64,000 nucleotides of DNA. Source: Candidatus Latescibacterota bacterium (GTDB taxonomy: Bacteria > Latescibacterota > UBA2968 > GCA-2709665). The DNA lies in the NCBI GenBank assembly GCA_965222075.1, contig OZ244937.1, positions 1,632,001 through 1,696,000 of the forward strand. Reading direction: 5' to 3'. Below are positions 30,490 through 38,285 of the stretch, in pieces. Under the pieces are notes generated by a model. The model was not told the DNA's origin and ran no database searches. It was given only the letters and a program-made list of their open reading frames with translations. A program made the translations under genes and the position numbers. Within the stretch, counting starts at the first letter, position 1, and every line of letters begins with the position of its first letter.

Positions 30490-31164
30490 GGCCGCCCCCG
30501 CGAAACGTCCCACTGAACCGCGGCCACCATTCGTCGCCAATCCTCCGAAACACGATCTACTCCTCGATTACGGCTCCCACGCCAACCCGGGTGTGATTGG
30601 GCCCAGACTTTCGCGTCCCTGATCGGGAACGGCGACGCAATGGCCACTCTCGAGGTTGCCTACCGGCGCCAATCCAAACGACTTGCGGATTGCCTGATAC
30701 ACGGCCAATCCAAAACACACGACGAGTTTCGGCCCAACAAGCTCTATTTCCGGCACGGTGTAGGTCTCTGCTGCCTTCTCCAAATCTTCATCCGGCATTG
30801 CTCCATGCTTTATGAACGGAAACAGGTTTGTCGCGTAGGTTTGCTCCAATCCGATTCCAAAGTGAGTGGAAAGCAGGCTCTTGAGATTCCTGTTGGTCGG
30901 CAACTTCGGATCGTGCCCCAGCGTAACCAAATCAGAATCTACACGTTTCTGTTTCCGCAAGAATTTATCCGAACACCAATCCTGGAGTACAAGCATGATA
31001 TCGGCATTGAGGTTCCCGGCGGACTTCGTGTAGGGCGATACGAAATCGCACTCATAGGCGCCGGAATGATATTCGCCGATTCCCCTGTATCCGGGAAAAA
31101 CGTTGTCCCGGCGGTGGCGGGCGAGCGCTGCGAGGCGTTCCTGCTTTCCGATGCTTTCATGCAT
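30490..31164 (-). pseudogene. UDG-like protein paralogous to the 26983-28080 C-terminal domain, frameshifted near 30650
   Basis: Near-identical to 27020-27820; ORF 30568-31164 continues as MAIASPF..WAQSHPG in the frame of 30462-30647. Confidence 0.7.
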
Positions 31165-31256
31165 GCCTGCACTCCTCTCGAGATTCCTGAACTTGAGCCG
31201 GTTTGCCCTCTGCGAGCCTTACGCGAGTTCCCGATCATTCAGGCGATCTCCGCGTG

Positions 31257-31281
31257 GTTTCAATTCTTGTTCTGACGGAAG
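31257..31281 (-). CRISPR. Degenerate partial main repeat
   Basis: GTTTCAATTCTTGTTCTGACGGAAG. Confidence 0.7.
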
Positions 31282-31594
31282 AGATTTCCAGCGGTAACGG
31301 CATGACTCCGATGAAAATCAACGAGTACTGTCAGCACGCGTCCCGTGCGCCCTTATCCTGAGCGCAGTCCTCATCAACCGGATCGACGACCCGTCTCGGG
31401 ATTGAGGATCCGGGAATCCATTTCGGTTCCTGCCACGCAGAGGTATCGCCTCACGTCATTGAAAATAGGGGAGCATAAGATAGGAGCGGGGACCAACCGG
31501 TTGCCTGTGAAGAACAGCTTCAGCTCGCTGCAGTTTCCTGGTAATCCGGTGTCGCTGATTCAAAGTTCATCCGCACTGACAAGCTGTCTAAATG

Positions 31595-32678
31595 CTAAGC
31601 CGAATCGGACGGCGAATTCTCCTGCGTCGCCTGTTCGAATTTATCGATGGTTTCGCGCATCTGAGTAACCGCATCTTCGATTACTCGATCCTTGTCGACG
31701 CCACTTGCCAGCCGAATCGGAAAGCACAGACAATCTCTGTACTCTTGATGGTCCGGGCATATCCGTTTCACACTTGACCAGTGTCTGATGAGCCCACCCC
31801 ATTCCGTTTTGTATACCTCACACCATATGGGAGTTATACCGGAATCGCGCCATGCTATGATATCAACGCCCAACCACAAACCAAACTGTAGATCTTTTCC
31901 TGCTGAAAAGTAGCGACCCTTCTTGAAATAGGAACGTGTAGGATTCACGCCCTCAAAGCTTGCAAGACCCTCGTTCTTAAGAACTTCGGCAATTTCCTCG
32001 GATAAATCACTGTAGTTAATCATACGACGGGGGACATTCATGTCGCTGGTTTCTTCCTCGCGCAAGGGAAGAAAAGCCTCTACATCCATCCGTTCTGCGA
32101 GTCCGAGAAGCTGAACGACGTCCTGCTCAACAGAAGTGTCTCCGGCTTCATTTGCACTTCGTTGCAACGTATCTAATATAGATCCCCAACTTGAGATAAG
32201 CAGGTTACGTCCCGAACCAATGCGAACCCCCTTCATATCGTTAATTGTAGTCTCAGTTCCGACCTTAAGCTCCTGTTTAACACACCGTTCCTTCAACTCC
32301 TGCCAGATGCTGACGATTCGGGCCTCGGGCACGACGAAAAGTAACGCGGATTCGGGTTCGTCGGAGAGCGAGTTGAGGTATCCAACTGGCTGGAGACGCC
32401 GTCAGTCCTGCCCAGAATTTATTCTCAATATGTACACGGGGCTTTGAGGTGGCGTCATATATCGTGATATCCGGACGGCCGCCTGTCTCGACCTCAGTCT
32501 CGCTTTCGATAGACTCGGCCTTGAATGGCTCGAATCCGGCACGTTTTGCCACCTTATCGACTAACGCCTGGCACACTCCTGGCGATGCATTAAGGATATA
32601 TCGCAACGATTCTGTGGCGATGGTTTCCGGCGATGGCGCAAGCCTTCCTGCCAGGTGCGCCAGGAGACTTTTGTTCAT
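31595..32678 (-). CDS. PD-(D/E)XK nuclease-superfamily protein, split by a 1-nt frameshift near 32390
   Basis: ETIATESL, GRPD, IENKFWAGLT..QPVGYL..LLFVVP continuing into ORF 31595-32332. Confidence 0.75.
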
Positions 32679-32782
32679 ATTCCCTTATCTCCACGTTGGA
32701 CGACGAAATCCCGCCTGTCGCGGTATAATCGAGCCTGGTTCAGGACGAAATCCTGCTCGGTCGAATAAAGGTCAATCTTCAT

Positions 32783-32948
32783 GCAGAGTGAGGGGAGATG
32801 GGATTCCTGAAGACTATTTCTTCCGCGTATGAATAGTTTCAATCCGCTCCCCCCTGCCTGCTGCAGGCAGGCAGGCCACCGAAGTGAGAGGAGACCTGCG
32901 CTGCCTGCGTTCCTTCCCCTCGGCCGTCTGAAAGTTTCAATCCGATCC
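32783..32948 (-). CRISPR. Relic mini-array of second repeat family (partial, interrupted and partial repeats; 2 spacer-sized gaps)
   Basis: ..GTGAGGGGAGATG - 35 nt - GTTTCAATCCGCTCC[palindrome]CCACCGAAGTGAGAGGAGAC - ~38 nt - GTTTCAATCCG. Confidence 0.7.
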
Positions 32949-33007
32949 AATCGGCGGGCATGAAATTCCTGATCTTACTTGACCTGGACTTTGGCCAAAA
33001 TGAAGGT

Positions 33008-33415
33008 CTATATGTTTTCTGTAATAACTTGAAGTGCTGTTATGTCTTCAAAGTCCTTGACGTTGTGCGTTACCAGGGGAACACCGTGTCTGACCGTGCA
33101 GGCTGCAATCCATGCGTCGTTGGGTGAAATCGGCCTTCCCTTTCGATCACACTCCGCAACCAACCGACCATAGCAGCGGGCAATCTCGTGGTCGTAAGGA
33201 ATAACAACAAAGTTACGCAGAGTTGTTTCCAGCGCTCTTCGCTTTCTTTCGCCCCAGCCTCTTTTCTCCGCACCGAAATAAAGCTCGCCTACAGTGATAA
33301 AGGTAATTGCAAGTAAACGATTCTGGATATGCGGCTCATACGCCGCGGCTACGCGGCCGCCTTTCATCAGGTATGAAACTATGTTCGTGTCGAGAATGAT
33401 CCTGGTGTCGCTCAT
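33008..33415 (-). CDS. vapC: PIN-domain (VapC-type) toxin
   Basis: ILDTNIVS, ITVGELYFG, NDAWIAA, LVTHNVKDF. Confidence 0.9.
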   Translation of the reverse strand: MSDTRIILDTNIVSYLMKGGRVAAAYEPHIQNRLLAITFITVGELYFGAEKRGWGERKRRALETTLRNFVVIPYDHEIARCYGRLVAECDRKGRPISPNDAWIAACTVRHGVPLVTHNVKDFEDITALQVITENI

Positions 33416-34407
33416 GGCCGAGCACCTGTCTTACCGCCAGGATGTCGCAGTTCGTCGATTGTCGCCTCGAAGCCGTCGTTTTCCTCATCCGGCCACGTAC
33501 CAAACAGCGTCCGTACGTCCGCCATTGGCTGCACATTCTGCGAACGCGCCAACTCCTGGAGTGTCGGCGATTTCCAGAACGTTGGTGAAATCGGCGTTCC
33601 CTGTGGCAGGAGATCGGCGGCTTCATCTTGCCGGTCCTCCAGCCGCTCAATATCGTGAATCTTGATGTCCGTTATTTTCCGAGACATGGGGTCTTCCCTC
33701 GCCTCTCCCACGACGCGGACGTATTGCAGAATGTTTTCCAGGACTTCGTCTTTTTGTTCTTCATCGAAGAGACAAAGGAGCGGATCTCCGGTGGATGGAT
33801 GCACACGGCACCTCGTTCCATCCTCCTTGAAGTCCGCCATCAACAGCCGACCTTCGATCACCCGGGTGTTTACTTGCGGTCCCTTGATTCGCTCCTGTAT
33901 CCGCGTGACGCCGCGCGGCGTCAACGACATCCGAACCGCCTTCTGCCGGTGAGTCAGCGTAAACTCGATCTTGTCAATTCCCTGACTGAAAAGCATCCCC
34001 AAGTCACGCCACGCCATTAATACACCCGTGTCATATCCGGCCGGAAATGCGCTATTGACATTGTCTCTTTGAACCGCTTCCAGCCCACCAATCGCCTTCT
34101 CCAGGATTTCCAAACCAAAGTCCATTTCGCGGAAGGATAGGCTCTCCTGCCTGCGCTGGAAGCCCAACACAGCCGTCGGGCTTCCATGCGTTAGCGACAC
34201 CAACTCAAGTTCCACCTCTGCCTTTATCCTGTGAGGCGGTTGGCCTCGACGCAAGCTGCCAGCATCGCCTTGCAGGACCCGCCCGGTCCGCTGAAGCGCT
34301 TTGTTGAAATTAGAAAGAAATCGCAGTAAATGAGACACCGGGATCTTTCCCGGCCCAACTGCCTCGCCATCAAAACGAATCTTCAGTAGCGAATTGTTTT
34401 CATTCAT
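33412..34407 (-). CDS. Hypothetical protein, translationally coupled to the PIN toxin (putative unusually large antitoxin)
   Basis: AGGAGG RBS; ATGA overlap with PIN gene; C-terminal FWKSPTLQELARSQNV...GTWP. Confidence 0.7.
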   Translation of the reverse strand: MNENNSLLKIRFDGEAVGPGKIPVSHLLRFLSNFNKALQRTGRVLQGDAGSLRRGQPPHRIKAEVELELVSLTHGSPTAVLGFQRRQESLSFREMDFGLEILEKAIGGLEAVQRDNVNSAFPAGYDTGVLMAWRDLGMLFSQGIDKIEFTLTHRQKAVRMSLTPRGVTRIQERIKGPQVNTRVIEGRLLMADFKEDGTRCRVHPSTGDPLLCLFDEEQKDEVLENILQYVRVVGEAREDPMSRKITDIKIHDIERLEDRQDEAADLLPQGTPISPTFWKSPTLQELARSQNVQPMADVRTLFGTWPDEENDGFEATIDELRHPGGKTGARP

Positions 34408-34480
34408 ACGAACCTCCTGTCTTCGTTTACGTGGCACATTGCAGTCTCACTCTCACCACAAACTCCGCACGTACCCCAAC

Positions 34481-34717
34481 TCATGCTGCTCCAGTATGGT
34501 CAGCAGACAGGCAGGCCAGCCGCTCACCCCGGGGCTCCGGTATTGGATCGCCGAACTCTCGCGCGGTGTCAATCCAGAGATCCATCCCTTCATTAACGTG
34601 TCTGAGCGCGGCTTCTTGTGTGTCGCCGTGAGCCATGCATCCGGGAAGCTCGGGCACTTCAGCCACAAAGACACCGTCGGCATTGCTCCAATAGAGAATG
34701 ATCTCGTACTTGTACAT
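34481..34717 (-). CDS. hicB: HicB-family antitoxin (orphan)
   Basis: YEIILYWS..DGVFVAEVPELPGCMAHGDT.E.AL...WIDTARE.G.PIPEP. Confidence 0.85.
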   Translation of the reverse strand: MYKYEIILYWSNADGVFVAEVPELPGCMAHGDTQEAALRHVNEGMDLWIDTAREFGDPIPEPRGERLACLSADHTGAA

Positions 34718-34786
34718 TGACTTACTTTATCCAGTCACGAAATAGCATGGCATTGCACCCCGATCCTTCAGGCAAGGGCCGCGTAC

Positions 34787-35005
34787 TCATAAATCTGGGG
34801 TCTCAATGGTGCGAACGGGGCGGTATCGTTCCCACACCACTTGCTGCAAGCGCTCAACGGTCTCCGGTGAGAAGTGCCTCTCACCTGTCTCGACGTTGAC
34901 TCGCGCCGGGACATTCTCAATGAGTAAGAGCCGCCCATCGAACTCAATGTGGTACATCACCTTTTTTTCAATCAGCATCTCGTTCCACACGCGGTCGTCA
35001 GGCAT
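34787..35005 (-). CDS. YgiT-type (MqsA-like) zinc-finger protein, Cys-less variant
   Basis: LLLIENVPARVNVETGERHFSPETVERLQ. Confidence 0.8.
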   Translation of the reverse strand: MPDDRVWNEMLIEKKVMYHIEFDGRLLLIENVPARVNVETGERHFSPETVERLQQVVWERYRPVRTIETPDL

Positions 35006-35034
35006 CGTCCGGTCTCCTTTTCGTCATCCGCTCC

Positions 35035-36600
35035 TCATCGCCCTTCTCCCAACTCTGCCAGGAGTTGCCGCCCCTTACTCGTCAGTCGGTATTTCTGCTT
35101 GCTGCTGGTCGGCTTGTCCGGGATGGTCATTTCCAGCCACCCGGCATCCAGCAGCGGTTGCAGGTAGTTTGTCCGGAACGTTTTCCAGTGCTTCAACCCA
35201 AGGCAGTCCATGATCTCTTTCGCCATGCGAGGCACCCGGCAATGCCAGACAACTTGTGCGGTAACTTGTGCGGTAACTTGTGCGGTCAGGTCCTCCAGGC
35301 TGTTCGCAATCCGCTGCAACATATTGTTCGCAAAGGTGTTAGGGTCTTCCTGGGCGTTTCTTTCAACTTGTGCGGTGGCCTGAACTCGGCCTGGTCCGGA
35401 TTTGATGCTGACTTGTGCGGTCGGCCTGGGAAAAGTCGTCGTTACCCACGACTCCGACCTGCCTGCCGATCCGAGCTCGGCGCAGGCAGGCACCTCAATC
35501 ACCGGCTCAGCCACTCCGTGTTCGCGGCACAGGTCGCGGATGCGCCGGATGCCGGAACCGACCTGCCTGTGCGTCACCGCACGCAGACAGGTCCTCTCAA
35601 CCGCCTCCATGCGGTGCAGGATGCCGAACAACAGCGGATTGCGTGGAATGCTCTTGACGCCAAGGTCCGCTTCCGTCATACCGGCGGGCAACCCGCCCGG
35701 GCTGACGATCTCGAGCCGGTCCATAAACAGATATACCTGTACATTGGCGGTGGAGCGGTAGTCACGATGGGCCAGGGCGTTGACAACCGCCTCACGAATG
35801 GCCTCTTCCGGCAGTTCCGGCCGTTCTTCCCGCCTTACGCGCTTAATGATGTACTCCACATTGATCTTGGAAAGAATCCAGGCCATCACCTCCTCAATCA
35901 TCGAATAGACATCGCCGTGGAAGTCGCGCCTGTCGAGAATACGCACCTTGTCGGTTCCCATGAAGAGCGCGCACGCCACATCTGCGCTGATATTGAACTT
36001 ACGAATGTCCCGGGCCAGCAACCAGGCGCCCGCGTGCGCCATGCGGCCATCTTCACCGACCAGATGCAGGTTGCGCAGCGCGGTCTCCGGCTCCATATCA
36101 GCCGGTATTTTGGCGCGACGCTGAAACAGGGACCAGTTCTCTTCCTCAAGGTCTCTCTCCAACAAAAACTTGTCGCACGCGGTTTCATCGAAATGGATCA
36201 GCCCTTCCTTGTAGAAAAACTCCCGGATCTCCTCACGCGACATCTGCTGACTGCTCGCCCCCTCGCGGATGAAGAACTTTCCGCCGAAAGAGTAAGGCTT
36301 GCTGTGCTGCGCGGGCACCGTCACGCAGAGCACGCCATCCACGCTTTCGACCTCCACCGCGATGGGCGGCTCCGCGCTGCGGGCGATCGACTGCACCCGG
36401 GACTTCAAGCGGTTGTGGTCAGCAACCCCGCAGACCACCCCATCATCGGCCACGCCGATCAGAATTACGCCGCCGGTGGCATTGGCAAAGGCGCATATCT
36501 CACGCCCAAGCCCGGAAGTGCCCGAGCGCTTGAACTCGATGGTAAAGCCCTCGCCAAGGGCGGTCAGGCCAGAGAGAGTCTTTTCGTTCATGTTGATCAT
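35035..36600 (-). CDS. AlbA_2 (Schlafen-like) + RecG-C/HATPase-like + wHTH protein
   Basis: GEGFTIEFK, ICAFANATGGVILIGVADDG, AIREAVVNALAHRDY, DRLEIVSPGGL, TAQV repeats, MTIPDKPTSSKQKYRLT. Confidence 0.85.
   Translation of the reverse strand: MINMNEKTLSGLTALGEGFTIEFKRSGTSGLGREICAFANATGGVILIGVADDGVVCGVADHNRLKSRVQSIARSAEPPIAVEVESVDGVLCVTVPAQHSKPYSFGGKFFIREGASSQQMSREEIREFFYKEGLIHFDETACDKFLLERDLEEENWSLFQRRAKIPADMEPETALRNLHLVGEDGRMAHAGAWLLARDIRKFNISADVACALFMGTDKVRILDRRDFHGDVYSMIEEVMAWILSKINVEYIIKRVRREERPELPEEAIREAVVNALAHRDYRSTANVQVYLFMDRLEIVSPGGLPAGMTEADLGVKSIPRNPLLFGILHRMEAVERTCLRAVTHRQVGSGIRRIRDLCREHGVAEPVIEVPACAELGSAGRSESWVTTTFPRPTAQVSIKSGPGRVQATAQVERNAQEDPNTFANNMLQRIANSLEDLTAQVTAQVTAQVVWHCRVPRMAKEIMDCLGLKHWKTFRTNYLQPLLDAGWLEMTIPDKPTSSKQKYRLTSKGRQLLAELGEGR
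35458..35490. repeat. 33-nt in-frame palindromic insertion (adds PACAELGSAGR)
   Basis: CCTGCCTGCCGATCCGAGCTCGGCGCAGGCAGG. Confidence 0.8.
35562..35591. repeat. 30-nt in-frame palindromic insertion (adds TCLRAVTHRQ)
   Basis: CCTGCCTGTGCGTCACCGCACGCAGACAGG. Confidence 0.8.
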
Positions 36601-36920
36601 CGTCCGCTACGCCAGCATCAGTCGTTCGCCCCCGGGTTCCGGTGCCAACGCCCCCTTCGGAGTTATCCGGCACAGGCAGGAAGAATACGCTCCCTGACAT
36701 AGAATATACACCCTCCAACGTGGAAAAGACAGTCAAAGATGAAAGTGGCCCTGAGACTGGAGAGGCTGCTTCGAGCCGGTGCCAGAAGGATGCTGCAAGC
36801 CTACCAGGACTTCGTGGCCTGCCTGCCGGCGACCCGCATCCAGCCGACCCACCAAAAATCACGCCTGGCCGGATTCATTGTCCTGCCAGGCGAGAAATAA
36901 GGTCTTTGCACGCATCGAAA

Positions 36921-37033
36921 TTCATCCCCACGCCTGTGGGAGCACCAGGAGCACGGCCGGGAGCATCCGGTCCATCCCCACGCCTGTGGGAAGTATCTGC
37001 CGGCCGTTGTTTCAATCCTTGTTCTGGTGGAAG
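36921..37033 (-). CRISPR. Two type I-E-like repeats + partial main repeat
   Basis: TTCATCCCCACGCCTGTGGGAGCAC; CGGTCCATCCCCACGCCTGTGGGAAGTA; GTTTCAATCCTTGTTCTGGTGGAAG. Confidence 0.8.
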
Positions 37034-37247
37034 ATTCCCAACGGTGCGGGACAGTTGGCCGTGGCCACGGGTGAAGTGGACGCCTACGGCGGCAGCCGTG
37101 CTGATTCTGGTTGGCGGCAGTCGCTGAACGCTGGTGGAGGCTGTGCACCAATGTGCCGCAGACGGTGCGAGGGGTACCGCCACGATGCTATTGGTGTAGC
37201 GACCGGTATTCGACTTCACCGTACGTTCACGGCGTCCGGTGGCCCGC

Positions 37248-38111
37248 TCAGCCGCTATCAGCGTTGGGCTTCACCTCGATGATCAGGCGGCAGTGGTCGC
37301 TTGGTCCCCATTCGTGGACATCGTTCATCGCCCGCACCGACACCCTTTCGTGGAACCCGCGCGATGCGAATGCGTAGTCCAATTGATTCGCCGCCGTTTC
37401 CGGTCCGTCTCCTGGCTTGTAGTACGTCGGCACATTTTTCGTGTCGGACGGCACGTCGTCTGGCGCAGTTCCTGCGGGCCGACCGTGAGAAGCCTGCGGT
37501 CCCAGAAATTCCAGTCCGAGCACCTTTATTCGTTTCCAGACCGTGCCTTCGCGTTCCGGCAGTGACAGCCTATTGCCGGTCGCCCCGTAGAACATGTTCA
37601 GATCGCCCGCCGCCAGAATCCTGTGTCTGGCCGGGTTGGCGTGACCGATGAAAGCCGACAGGTCCGAAATGATTCGATGTGCCGAGGCGTCGGAGTAGCC
37701 AACGCTCCAACTGCTCCTGGTAGACGGATGAGGCTTCAGCCAGCGCGCGTACATCGAGACCGCGACGAAATCCTCGTGATCGCTGTCGTGCGGGAATACC
37801 TTCGCGGCGGCGATGGTCCCGATACCGCTGACGCCAATGGCGTCCGCTCCAAGCTCGCTGATGGGTGGCACCTGCTGGTACGGCTCGACCGTGATCCGAT
37901 CAGACAGCTTCACGACCAGCGGCCAGCGGTCGTACAACTGTCGGTTCCAAAACACCGCATCTTCGCATTCGACTAAATGCACCAGGTCGCCGGGTGGACT
38001 CCCCGCTTCCTGCAGGAGTGCCAGGTCCGCGTCGCCATCGTCCGCCATCTGCACCAGTTCACGCCACGGCTGCGCCCGTTTGCTGATGTTCCAGCTTACC
38101 ACCTTGATCAT
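37248..38111 (-). CDS. Endonuclease/exonuclease/phosphatase (EEP) family protein
   Basis: KVVSWNI, LALLQEA, AAGDLN, QLDYAF, SDHC; GGAGGT RBS. Confidence 0.9.
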   Translation of the reverse strand: MIKVVSWNISKRAQPWRELVQMADDGDADLALLQEAGSPPGDLVHLVECEDAVFWNRQLYDRWPLVVKLSDRITVEPYQQVPPISELGADAIGVSGIGTIAAAKVFPHDSDHEDFVAVSMYARWLKPHPSTRSSWSVGYSDASAHRIISDLSAFIGHANPARHRILAAGDLNMFYGATGNRLSLPEREGTVWKRIKVLGLEFLGPQASHGRPAGTAPDDVPSDTKNVPTYYKPGDGPETAANQLDYAFASRGFHERVSVRAMNDVHEWGPSDHCRLIIEVKPNADSG

Positions 38112-38138
38112 CCAATCACCTCCTCATCGCTCATTCCA

Positions 38139-38175
38139 GTTTCAATCCTTGCTCTGGTGGAAGTATTGCCCTGAG
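38139..38175 (-). CRISPR. Degenerate trailer repeat
   Basis: GTTTCAATCCTTGCTCTGGTGGAAGTATTGCCCTGAG. Confidence 0.85.
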
Positions 38176-38285
38176 CTTACGGCCTGGTCCCAATCAATAC
38201 AATCCAAGTCCATTACTTCCGGATGAAAAACCTCGGACCAGGGGCTGAGCTTACGGCCTGGTCCCAATCAATACAATTCAAGGGC

